Below are positions 49,779 to 62,529 of a DNA stretch of 64,000 bases, piece by piece. How positions within the stretch are numbered: position 1 is the stretch's first letter; every line of letters starts with the position of its first letter. Source of the stretch: Gonapodya sp. JEL0774 (taxonomy: Eukaryota); the NCBI GenBank assembly GCA_027604505.1, contig JADIIX010000016.1, positions 1 through 64,000 of the forward strand, given 5' to 3'. The notes beneath the pieces are model-generated. The model had not been told where the DNA came from and searched no databases. It worked only from the letters and a program-made list of their open reading frames with translations. Made by a program: the position numbers and the translations under genes.

Positions 49779-52700
49779 ATGAGCGATCCATCTGAAAACA
49801 TGCCTTCGACGAGTCAACTGGACAGGGTGTGGGGGGACGATGACACCGTTCCTGCCGACATTGCCAGACGGGAAGGGGCCAGTATGGATCTGGAAGGACA
49901 CATTCAAGTGGACCTGGAGGATGAACTAAATGAGGAGGATAATATGATGGCCATGGAGATGGAGCGGGGTGGCGGCGAGGTTGACAGAGGTGGGCCGGTC
50001 GCCGTGGTCCGCAATCTTTTCCAAGACTTGAATGACTCAACATTCGATCGATGTGCCTGCCTATCGGGCGAATCCAATCAAAAATAAAAGAAGATTTTTT
50101 TACATCGCGTACTCAACTGCCGATGCCGCGAAGGCCGCGGATGTTTGGATCAGACGAGCTCGATCGTGAAACCGGAAACGGCGACGACGAGAGCCGACCG
50201 TGGGAGAACACGGGGCGGAAAATCCTTGGGTTCGGCAATGCAGGTAAACTTCGTGAAGGTTCTTTTTCGTATCAAGCCCACCTCGACAGTCACCACGTGC
50301 TCCTTGTCGCAGCGTCCTCTCCACGTCCCCTTCCGTCGTCTCCGTCGTCCCTTGAGCCTTCTTCTGCACCCTCGCATCAGCAAGCATCCCGACGCTTTCG
50401 TTCTTCCCTCTTTCCCCCTTCTTCTACTGTGACTGATGATGACGATGATGAACTCCTCGTTTTCAAGGGCCCGCAGCAACTCTCCGTTCATCTACAATCC
50501 GATCCCGTCTTCTCACAGCGTCCGTCACAACTATCTGGTTACGTCTCTGCTGATCCCTTGGCGCCCCCCCTCCTTATGGATGACCCCCTTCATCGTGCGC
50601 TGTTCCGACCGGCAGCGTCAGCGCGCCCTCCACAAACCGGAGCAGTACCGGATGCCGAGACGGTCCATTCACCTGCGCCCCGTCCCCAACCTCGATTGAG
50701 TCAAATTTTTCCAGACTCCGCTGCTGAAGCTGGCGAAGCTTCTTCCCTTCGTCGCCGGCTTTTCGGTGACTCGGGCAGAACGCAGGAAGATTCCGCGCCA
50801 CAGCATCCAGCACGTCGCGGCAGACTAATGGACGACGAGGACGACGAGGATGACCTCCAACCACCACTAAACCTGAACAGTTACTTGGCGCCTCCACCTC
50901 CTGTCGATGACTATAACTTTGACGTGGCCGCACTGACGGCCATTGCCGAGCGGGATGACTCGGATGAGGAAGACGATAGATGGCGCCAACCCGACAACCC
51001 CAATAACTCTGCCGGACGTCCATTGCCGCATCACCCATCTACCACCACCACCGCTGCTGCAGGTGTTAAGCGACCGGCTACAGCAACCACTGCCGATGCC
51101 CTATCTTCACCGCCCCGAGTCCGCCGACGACTTCTGTATGAGGATGACGACGAACCAGCAAGACCTCCAACGCCGCAATCGCCACGGACGCCTGCTGGTA
51201 CGCGACCACCGACCCGTCATCCAGCACCCCCACCTCCCATCCGCACACTCGCCGGCCGCAGTGGAGCAAGAGGCAATACCACACTCTCTGTGGCACCGCC
51301 GCCCCAAATTCAAGGATTGGATCTTGAAATGGACATGCCCCTCTCACCTGACCCATTTGACGATCCCTTCACAAGACCGCTCACTCCTCCGCCAGCGCGA
51401 GGAACACGGTCAGGAGGTGGCCAAGCGGGATCCTTCTCGAACCGGCCCCGACCTACTGTTTCCTGCAATCAATCCCGTCAACAACCTCCATCAGCCTCAT
51501 TACCCCTTCATCGATGGGATGTTCCGCCTTCTGGGACTTTTCTGCGAGGGATAACTCAGTCTGGCGCAAGGGTCTACTTTGGAAAGAAGCGATCAGCGCA
51601 TAGTAATCAAACTGCCTCTGGTGCACCAAGTGCTCTGATGGCAGCTGGCGGCTTGCTGGAAGTTCCAGTGTATGCACTGCAGAGAGAGATTGAAACCGAA
51701 AGGGCGATGAAAGCCAGGATGCTCGAGGACAGGGAAGTTCTTGGCGAAAATTCAGATAGACTTGATGAGAACGGCAAGGGAAAGAAGGAGACAAAGCTTT
51801 GGTGTGATAAGTACAGGCCGAGAAAGTATCATGAACTGGGCGGACTGGAGGTGTGTGTTTCTATGCTCTCGTTGAAAGCGCCCCTCTTTGACTGATTCGG
51901 ATGAAAATTGAAACCACTTTCCCTCTTTACAGTCAATTAATCGTGAAGTTCTTGCCTGGGTTAAGAACTGGGATGGCTGCGTATTCGGGAAAAAGAAGTC
52001 CAGCGTTAAGCAGGCCACGACAGGCGGGGGAGGTTGGAAAAGGGAATGGCACGAAGACGACGGCGGAGTGGATGAGCTTGGAAGACCGGAAAAGAAGGTA
52101 TGTTTGGGGGTTGGCTCGGAAGCGAACATCTCCTTCATTCTAATGCGATATTGGTTGAGCTTGGATAGATACTCCTTCTGTGTGGTCCGCCGGGCTTCGG
52201 AAAAACTACTCTCGCACATGTCGTTGCCAAGCATTGTGGTTACGAGGTAGTGGAGGTTAACGCGAGGTGCGTTGTGGCCTTCAGTATCATCAATATAGAG
52301 TAAATAACGTGTAATTTTTTTTTTGTGCAGTGACGATCGCACAGCTTCACAGGTCTCCGCCCGTGTTCAGTCGGCGCTAACACACCAGTCCATCACCGGA
52401 ATCTCTCCTCGCGCTGCTTCTGGCGTTCAACCTAGGGCTCCTCGTCCCAATTTGCTTGTGGTTGACGAAATTGATGGGGCTGCCACGACGGGGAGGGGTG
52501 AGGCGGATCTTGTGCAGATGTTGGTGGGAATCGCCGACGGAAAAGGTGTTCAGAAGGGCGGCGGTAGGAACGTGAAGAAAGGTAGTTGCCTTCAATTGGT
52601 ATTGTTACCCAATTCGTCCGTCACCGCCTCCGCGAATCTCTGCAGGCAATTCTCGTCCGCCGCTTCTTCGTCCTATCATATGCATCTGTAACGACCCATT

Positions 52701-54951
52701 CGCCTCCGCTTTGCGTCCACTGAGAGCCATGGCCAAAGTAGTTATCGTCCGCCCTCCACCCCTGCGTATGGTGGCTCAAAGACTAGCCAGGGTGTGCGAG
52801 GAGGAAGGCCTTGACGCAGACACCAGGACTTTGACAGCGGTGGCTGAGGCATGGGGTGGAGATATGAGAGGTTGCTTGATGGGGCTGCAGGTAGGGTTCC
52901 TGTTCGCGTTGGGATGGCAAGGAGCGCTAATTCGTTCGTGGGGTATACTCTGCTGACAGATGGCACGAGCGCGTTCTGACAAACTCACTATTGAGGACCT
53001 CCGGAAGTTTGGTACCGGCAAGGACTCGGAAAGATCCTTATTTGGGGTGTGGGAGGACGTGTTTACGGTGCCGAGCGCAAAACAGAAGAGAGCAGATGTC
53101 AGCAGAGCGAGTGAAGCTGACGAGGGATCATTCAAGGCGTCTGGAGCGAGGGGAAAGGGTGAGAATCCTTTTTTGGGCATTGTGGGGACCGCGGAACGGC
53201 AGATGCACAGAATACAGGCGGAAGTCTCAATAATTTCTTTTCGTTGTCTTCCATTTTATTTTGTGGCCCTGGGCTGTCGATCAGAATCGAGCGAGCTCAA
53301 GTTTGTCACGAGGGTGGCAAGGTCAGCGGATTCGAATGGGGAGTATGACAGGATCCTTCAAGGTACAGTTGTTAAGTCACAGTTTGAGAATAGTACTGAC
53401 TCATTTTCATACAGGAATCTTCGAAAACTACCCTCACATGCGCATCACTGACATTTCCACTGACCCTGCTGATGCACGCCTTGTCCAGGCCGCGGATTGG
53501 CTGGCTTTCTATGACGTCGCGCACGGTCGACTGGGAATACAGGCTGATTTCGAACTCATGCGCTATGCGCCTTTTACAGTTGCAGCCTTTCATGGCCTGT
53601 TTGCAGTAGTGCACAAACCAAAATTGCAGTTCCCAAGAATGGATTACGAGGTGCGCGCAATGTCTACATATCGCTTCAAGGGAAAGATGAATTGACAATC
53701 GTGGTGAATTGCAGGCTTACGTTGCCACGAAGTATTTTGACGAGCTTTCCCAAACTTTTGTGTTCAATATGTCACTCTCTGTGCGTCGCACATGGGGTGG
53801 AGCTCGTGGAGCTCGTGCGGCCGCTCTTGAGCTAGTCAGTCCTCTATTACGAGTGATTAATCCGGACTTACGGCCGGTGAGCCAGTTTCAAACAGGTCCC
53901 CCTTTTACAGTAACATTCATACCATGAGGCGCGCTGACAGGTGAATACCCAGCTCCTCCGCCCCATCGAACGCCGCTCCCTTACCCGTGTGGTCCGTGTC
54001 ATGCTTGATTATGGCGTCACCTTTGTGCAGGAGAAATTGGATCAGATTGAACTCCAACGGAAAGGCACCTCTTCCGCTACAATTGTGGGGAGCGATGGTC
54101 AATATCTCTACAACCTCCAACCGTGCGTTCGTTTAAGAACTTGCGGTTGCGATATAATTTTCGAGTGATAGAGCTGTTTCAATCCAAATATGCGATATAG
54201 GCCTCTCCAGCAAATGATTAGCTTCACGGGCGGACAATTGCGAGGAGTGCTAACAACTGGGTATATTGTGCGGCAGATGATTGCTCAAGAGGTTCGGATC
54301 ATCTTTATGAAATCATTAAAGTGACCTCCGGTATCAAATGCTACCGATTTTTCCAGGTTGAACTGGAACGTCTTCGCCTAATGGATAAGGCAAAAGTGGG
54401 ACGAGGAACTGACTGGGGTCCGGGCAAAGAGAACAAGCCACTGACAGAAGAAGATAATGCGATGGACGACACTTCGGAGTGCAATAAAAAGGGAGGCAAG
54501 ACTGCAGTCGCAAAGATTTTGAATTTTGGGCTCACCGAGACGTAAGGATGATTCCACTGTGTTTGTTGTGTGGCCAATAATAAAGCGCGCGTTTCAGGGA
54601 GCTGAAGGATAAGATACTCAAGAAAATTAATGCTGTCAAGCACACAGGTAGCAGCAGTCCCGCAGATCCCAAAGATAAGGTGACTTCTGTCTCTGCAAAT
54701 TAAGAGTATGCCACTTTGATTCGAACTCTCGCTCTTGTTTTCAGCTTGACTTTTTTGGACGACCCTTGGGTGTCAAAGATGAGACTCATCCGTTAGGAGA
54801 TATGCAAAGCAACCTTGGAAAGTCGGCGGGAGTCGGGCCAAAGAAGGTGGAGGGAAAGAAGGTCGGTGAGGTGGTCCGTCACTGGTACAAGTTTCATGAG
54901 GGATTCAGCAACGCAGTGCGAACAACAATCAAGACGAAAGATTTGTTTTGA
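49779..54951 (+). CDS. CTF18: Chromosome transmission fidelity protein 18 (RFC-like clamp loader)
   Basis: [47 protein letters not shown], and C-terminal [12 protein letters not shown]. The start (49779 or about 50051-50123) is uncertain. Confidence 0.93.
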
Positions 54952-55263
54952 ATACCATTGAACCATAGTGTAATTCCATATACCCGTGCTCGGCATGTAT
55001 TATAGTGACTTGCTGTGACAATGAATGTAAATATTTTGTAAGAGCCATTCTGGGAAGAGTTAGAGTTAAGGACACATGTCTTTTGTAACCATGTGTCGAA
55101 AAGGGCATGGAAGGTTGGGTGCTGGTGGTGCCGGCCGCCTCTCGTGAAGATGAGGCGCGCCATCATCGCGGTGATCACCTGCGACCCTGTAATCTGAAAT
55201 ACAGATTTCAAAATCACGTCTGCAAAAACGATCGATAATAGAATATCTTTTTTGTCTGGAGAA

Positions 55264-56620
55264 ATGTCGCCCGTTCCCATCAGCACCTCGAACTCAGCTT
55301 CTACATTGTTCCAGGGAAGCACATGGAGGTTATTCCTTTCGTTTACCCTGGCGATCATACTTGTCTTCTCTTTGGCGGTAGGATTGGTTTCTCTGGTCAC
55401 GATGCTGGCGTTCATATCGGACGCATTCCAATCTTTCAACATCTACTATTACCACCGACCGATCAGTATCCCACCTTCAAAAACTCGAGCAAAAACGGAC
55501 CAGTGGAGATCTCCAAACTTATTGGAGTCGCGTCTAAAGGATAATTGGATCACATCACCCACGACGATGAAAAGAAACAGTGGCCTGAGTCGTCATCCTC
55601 CTCCCACCAGTGATCTGTACCATTGCACGACTCAAAGCACACGAGCAAGGGCCATTTTATCGGTCACACAGATGATAAGCCAATGGTGCGTGGAAACTCA
55701 CGAGGGCCTGGCTTCAGGCATTCCCCCATGTACTGAGTTCTAATATATTTAATCTCCGTGCTCCGCATATTTTACGTTCCTTAAACATCAATTCTGGTTT
55801 GACCTAGGAATGAAGTATGCGTTTTGTACTTTGTTGCTCCGCAATCCTGTAATTCGCGAATGTTTTGTCGTCGACTCCATGCAAAAATTTGTAGAGACAC
55901 ATGCGGATGCGGCTGAGACAATCAAGATCGAGTTTGAATGCAACCCACCTTTGCGTGATACTTTGATTAAGAGAGCCCGCGAGCTTGATTTCACGGTATG
56001 CGCTGTGCTCGAGTGACTTTCTCTTCCATCATTCATACGCCCACATATGCTTCACTCAATTTGCACATTCTGCAGTACTTTGATGCTTGTGTCACAGACC
56101 GATTTGGAACCGCCCAGCTTTTCGTTGATAACACAGAGCACGGTTCGAAATACGGACTACCAAGCTGGGGCTCGAGCGTGTTTGAGTGGAGTGGCCTTGC
56201 CAACAAAAGAAAAAATTGTGAAGGTGAATCACCATCAAAAATAGTGTGTAGGGCCGTGTATGTGATGCTTCTATCGGTGTACGTTTGAACAGGTAGATCT
56301 GCTCGATTTTTCTGCAGTATTACGAGAATATGTTCGGCCACTTCTCTAGCATTTGCTATCGTGGGAGCTGCTATCCATAACTCCCCACTTGTCCACTTTT
56401 CAGCTTGTAAAATTGACATTGAGGGTGCCGAATACCGGTACTTCGCAAAATGTTTCTTGACCGCAGTTTCTGTCTGGTGGATTCATTTCGTTAGGAAGAT
56501 CATGATATCGGTGGGGACAGCGCGATATCTGATAAAGATTGGAGGTTTGATATTGGGAAGGTGGCAGGTATTTTGGAACCATACCTTGGTGTAGTTTGAG
56601 CACTGGCATTGATTGATGAA
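55264..56620 (+). pseudogene. Type-II membrane FkbM-family methyltransferase-like gene, probably disrupted
   Basis: N-terminal TM helix followed by FDLGM (55798), DS..KF, FECNP, SWGSS, DFS.VL and KIDIEGAEY (56409) in FkbM order. I could not splice these into one clean frame. Confidence 0.55.
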
Positions 56621-56813
56621 AGGAAACGAATGCGAGAGAGAACTTATGTGAATAGAGCGTATGAACCATCTCTTTACATTTCACAGAGATCTGGTACTCT
56701 GTGGTGCCACGATCCTTGAGGAGAGCTTGGTTGTGCAGTTTAGGTAGCCGGCGGCCACAGTGATATCCAAACCATCCCCACCATTCCACACGATTTGAAG
56801 AATTTCAGAGCCG

Positions 56814-59800
56814 ATGGCGTTGTCAAATGGCACAACAACTACCCAACTGTCATTTCCCGTGGTTTTCTCTTTCTTGGCAAACTCGTTCAACAACTTCGGC
56901 GGTGACGATTTCACAGAATCCTTCAGAGCAGAGAGACCCAGAAATCGCACCTTGCACTCGTTCACTCCCGCAACGCTGAACGCTCTCTCTTCTTTCTACT
57001 CCGCTTGCATTGAATCGTCCCGTACCTCGCCCAGATTCCACGACGAATCGGTCCGCAAATGGCCTGCATTACTTGCACAGAGATCTGCATCGGCTGCCCT
57101 CGATCTGAGAAAGAACAACAGATTCACTGACGCGGACAAGCTTGAGACACTTGTTTTGGAGTTGAGTTCCCGCACGGATGATATTGTGAAACAACCCCAT
57201 GAAGCTTTGACTACGGGCACGGCCGATCTGGTTACCCTGCCATCTGCTACGATTTTCCCTGGTGGGAAGGCAGAAAGTCGTGGGGTTCATGTAACTGAGG
57301 TGTACGCAGTGCTATGGTTCCTCCTCTGTGCTGCGGATACACAGGTCACTACGTATTCACGACACAACAGCATTCACCTCGAGCATGATACCCCGCACTT
57401 GGCTAGAAATGACTCGGGCGTATGTGTGTAGCTCCTGTGCTCATCTGTCTCACGCACTCCTGTTCTGACTTGCTGACCACGCTGGTTTCTTCGCTTACTT
57501 GCACAACTCCCCGAACTGGACGCGCCAGCGCTTCTTCCCTCTCTCTCTCTCCCTCCTCTTCCCGCACTCCTAAACCCTTTCGACCTGCTTGGAGCTCTTT
57601 CTCGTCGTTCTGGTCCCACTGGTCCCATCACCTCCCAAATCCAATGGGACTTCCAAAACAGCAATTCCTTCCGTCCTCCAACGAAACTCACCCTCCCCAT
57701 CCTCCCCCGGAATCCTACTGACGTCATCGCGCAAAGAGCAAGGGAGGAATGGCGCGATATGTGGTATAGTAATCAGGAGACTCAGGCACCACAACGGCGA
57801 CTCGGAGTGACCGTCGACAGAGGACCTGCCATATTTGAAGAACTACCTTCATCACAATCTCACCACCGCCCTAGGCACTCCATCTGGTCCTGCTTTGCCT
57901 CCAATCCGTCTTTGTCGAACCAAGAATTTGTACCGTCCTGGCCTGCGACCATGTCCTCCGATCGCGAACCCCCTCCTTTCCTCACGCTCCATCCCCCAGA
58001 GACCTCCAACTCCGCTCTTCTATCGCATTTCCCACACCCTCTCTCCTCTCAACAATGGGAGTCTACTGTAACTTCCACCTCTCTCTACCGGGAATTCGCC
58101 GCAATTTTGGTGGGCGTGCCCGGCAGACTGTTCAAATGGCGCGACGCCAATGGGATTGCTCAAGGCCAGTTTGTGATGAAAGATGATGATGGTGTGAGAT
58201 GGGAAGGTGTATCACCTGGTGCGGTGCGACGGTACGTATGGGTTGCGGCCGTCCCCTTCTCTTTCCCGGTCACTTTTCACTTCAGAACTCAGGTAATTGT
58301 TGGGTACCCACTAGCTTCCTCCCACCAATCCTGCACACGGGCAGTCTCGTGTACCGCCTCCGTGCGCTCACGGAGCGCGACACACCACCTTTTTCGTCTT
58401 CTCACGACGTGACATCGGTATCCCTCATTCCATGGCTCCGAACACGCATCGATAAGGTTACCGCAGAGGTTCTTCTGGCACTTCGCAAGTACTTGTCCCG
58501 CTCAACCCACGCATCGCGCGACTTTACGGCACCTTTGCTCGCTCTGCACCACGTGGCACTTGGTCTCCTCCCTCGCGTGTCGCACCTCTGTCGCCTGGTT
58601 GAACCCATCCTTTCTCGCCCCGTCTCTTCTGACACCTCCACCCGTGGGGAGAACCGTGGGGAGAATGGGATTCTCGCCCATCTCTATACGTCCTGCCTGC
58701 GGGCGCAAGCATTGGGTTCCGATGACGACGTTGCCGAGTGTGTGGAAGCTCTGGAAGCGGGGGGAGGACCATGGGTCAGGGAGCTGTTGGAGTGGCTTGA
58801 AGGACGTGGAGAAAGTTGGATGAGGGTATTTGAAACGTCGCAGGGGGACGGAATCGGGCTCGCAACTGTAAGTTCAAATATCAATCGTTACCACTGCATG
58901 GACAAGTGTCTCACTCTCGTTGATACCCGAAGCCCAACGATTCCTCGATGCCTCCATTCTTACCCCTTTCCTTGGCCTCCCGGCTTTTTCGTGCAAGCAG
59001 GTCTGCGGCTTTCGTCAGAGAGCATCAGCCAGAACATCCTGTGGTACGGCATCAATGGTGGTCGGATCACCGTGATGGGCAGAGAAAGTGGTTTTCATTG
59101 ACAAGGGAGGAGGGCCTGAGGTATGTTTGTGTCGTCCGTTGCGGCAGGATAGTGCTTTGTTCCACGTTGGTGTCTCATGAGTGAAGAACGTTCTTGGCAG
59201 TGTCTCCCGCTCGATTGAGGAACGTATGGTGGATTTTGTCGCTACCTTAACGAATTGGGAGCGGAGACAGACCAGTTTAGTGGAGGACAAGGCGGCTTTG
59301 TTGGAGATTGAATCACGGAGGGCGAGGGAGAAGGTGAGTTTGTAATTGTGATTCCATGACAACGCCATCTCTGTTTGGATTGCGAGGATTGAATTCCTGT
59401 GTGTTTGAAGGCACGACAGCGTGATGAACTTGCGCGCAACGACAAGGACGCCAGGAAGCGCGCGCTAGTGGAGCAGAAGGAGCGGTGGAGGTCGGAAGTG
59501 GAGGTAAGGCCATGGATGCGTTCCTCGAAAGCCGCCAAGCCTCATTTTCCCTCGTAGAACTTTATGTCTGCCCGTGCAACTGTCGCTGCCACCCTCGCGG
59601 TACCTGAAGCACAATCTGCATCCGACCACTTGCGAGAGGGTCTTTTGGAAGAGGCACGGGCAGAGATCGAGGCAGATCATGCCACCCGAATGAGAGATGT
59701 TCAGAGAAGAGAGGCTTTGGTGGATTGGAAACGGAGGCGACTGGCTTTGGAGGAGGCGAGAAGAGGGTTGTTGTTAGCCGATGACAGGGTAGTATGGGGT

Positions 59801-61639
59801 GAGATGGGAGCGGATATTCAGTGGGTGCATGAAGTGCATGGAATTGATCTGGGTGAGCTGGACGCGGCAAGAACAGACGAAATGAGGGAGCTCCTCATGC
59901 CGCTAGATCGGAACATTGAAGTTGCGACGGGAACCGCTGACACTCATCAATCACCAGCAAGCGCTGCAGACATGTCGAATCCGGACCCTTTACCATCTGC
60001 CACATCAATTAAGCTCAATGCCGCGCAACCTTCCGCAGAATTACGCAGGAGCTCCATTCCTCTTGATGTTCTTGTATCAGAAGGGGATAGCGGGAATGAG
60101 GAACAAACAAGTCCAATGAAGAATGTGGTAACGCCAGCGGGGGCTAGTGCATCTGAGCAGCTTACCAGTGGTCTACATGAATCAAAAGAGCGGCTACCCA
60201 AGGAAGGCGATCTATCAGACCCTGTGCGGCATGGGTCAGGCGTCGAAGCAGCGATTGCCGAAGGAAGCCCTGTCGATCACACCTCCACAGGGAGAAATGG
60301 AGTGTCCTCACAAAACGTACCGCCCTTGACATTTTTCAACATTCCTGACCTTGACGCGACGGGACAGTTTTCCAGTAAACAACGATCTCTACTGCCCGTT
60401 GAGCTCGCTGTAAGCCTTCTTGTTCACCGCCCCCTCCGAGCCCGCTGCCGCCTCTTGGAGCGCTCCGCACTCGAATTTATACTCAATCTGCCCGATTTGG
60501 GTAATACCATGGATGCTGCACGGGGACTGCTTTTGATGGGAGATGGCGTCGTTGTAGGTAATTTTAAGGACGCGGTATTCGGTGGAGTTCTGGCGGAGGC
60601 GAGGTCTGCGGTAGGAATGGATAGAGTCTGGCCACCTCGGAGTGTGGAGATGGCGCGACGAATGATTGGCGTAGTTGAAAGGGATGGAGTGGATTGGGAG
60701 TTTGACTTGGATTCGCAAGCCGAAGCCGGGATCGAAGTGGTGAATTGTGAGTTAGTTGTGGGTGGGAAGAAGGATAGCGGCATCCATCGAGTTTGAGCGT
60801 GTACCCTCATTTTCGTTCCAGCTGTCAATGCCCTTAACTTCATGCGTTTGAAATTACAAGTTCCCTCTCCCCTCTGCAATACTCTCTTTGACGCTCCGAT
60901 CATGTTGAAATATTCCCATCTGACGTCCTTCCTTACACGTCTCCTCGTTGCTGATGATGCGGCGAATCGCCTAGCCACGCGACGTCTGCGGAGAGATTTT
61001 CGGGACGAATCCGTTTTGTACTCCATGCGTGTCTTTGTCAAGGCATTCACCGCCTATGTCGAGCACAGCGTTGTGAATCGTAATTGGGGTGCGTTTGTGG
61101 GCAAGGTCAAAGAGGCAAGGAAAGAAGTCGCAAGGGCGCCCGATGTAGGACGGCTGTTGAGTGATGAGGTTGCAGATCCAGAAGAAGAACCAACACACCT
61201 TACCGATACGCAAAGCCAAGATGATACGGACAGTCAAATGTTGGCTGGCCAGGACCGCCTGAACCCTTCGTCTCCACCTCCACGGAGTATCCTCCAGCTC
61301 TACAAACTCCACAACACGTGCTTAGATCTCATGCTGAGCGGTTGCATGTTGGAGCACAGGTTTGCTCCGCTGCGGAAGATTGTGGACGCGATGCTCGATT
61401 CAGTTGTCAAGGCTGCGTGGATCGTTACAGGGGTTTCGGTGAACGAGGTGCTCGACACAGGCTCAGCAGCACTGGAAATGGTGCTGGATGATTGGCACAA
61501 TGCAACAAGACTATTCTTTTCCGTGGTGAGGAAGTTGGTGTTGCGCAAAGGTATGGCAAAGGATGTGGAAGGAAGAATGATGGCAGAGTTGTTGGATCAA
61601 TTAGACTTTTTTGAATGGTATCGTAACAAGGACATGTGA
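56814..61639 (+). CDS. TUBGCP6: Gamma-tubulin complex component 6-like (GCP6/Alp16)
   Basis: N-terminal LDLRK...ADKLETLVLEL...EVYAVLWFLL; GRIP-like ILVGVPGRLF, LLLMGDG, LKLQVPSPL..LF, LHNTCLD; central coiled-coil/disordered insert typical of GCP6. Confidence 0.75.
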
Positions 61640-62529
61640 TATTCGGTGCGATGCATCAAGCAGTACATAATTCTGTGAATATGTGAATATCATTGATAGT
61701 ATTGCGAGGATGAGGCTTTTGAGACAACCGTTCTAAGTGACGGTACGATGGGCGTTTACACAACTTCTGAAGAGATTGCGCAAACTTGGCACTTCTGGCA
61801 TTTTCAAGAATGTGCCGATGGAAGCAGAATTTTCTTGTTTATCAGTGAACTCCTCGTAGCTTTCGGTGGAAAAAACAAACGCTCTGTTTCTCCCCGAATC
61901 TAAACTATTAAGTACATGATAGATGAAGGGAAACGGTGTCCGCTGCGATTGCGCAGCAAAGACCTCAAAAAACTTGTCAGTTGCAACTCCAGTGTGAGCA
62001 TGCGCCAATCGAGACTCGAACTCGAACCTAGCGCGTGGGAGGCGCTTGTACTACCCCTATACTATTGGCGCTTTACTATTGATGGAGATCTATTTTTATA
62101 TATATAGTTAAAACAACATTATTTTACATTCTTGAGCAGCTCTTCCTGAGAACAAGAATGAATCAAGTGGTACTTGACATGAAAGTGAAAGTACATTGTG
62201 GAAACTAGCAAGAAAGCGCGCAGAGAGTGGGAAGACAGAAGTATGAAAGGAAGAGGGAAGTCGAAGCTTTTGGTGGGTGTGGAATACATTGTATGGGAAG
62301 TGAACGATAAAAGGTATGTTGGTACAGAATGATCATTTTTTGTGTCACGTGGGACGAGGTGTCCAACAATGACATGGGCGCATTGGGTGCGACAACCCTC
62401 CCATTCAGACTGTGCGACGACCCGTCGCGGAAAAGAGGGAAAACAGACGCCGGGGCAGAAGCAGATTTGAGGACATCTCCGGCTTGAGGCAATCGAACGA
62501 GAAAACGGAGCGAGCCGCAGCGGAGCAGC

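Noticed and set aside
54894..56965. Minus-strand ORF cluster considered as a transposon relic
   Set aside because: No transposase, RT or TIR features; the plus-strand FkbM-like and GCP6 frames explain the region better.
61733..62008. 91-aa minus-strand ORF downstream of GCP6
   Set aside because: No motif or splice support, and it is within the length expected by chance.
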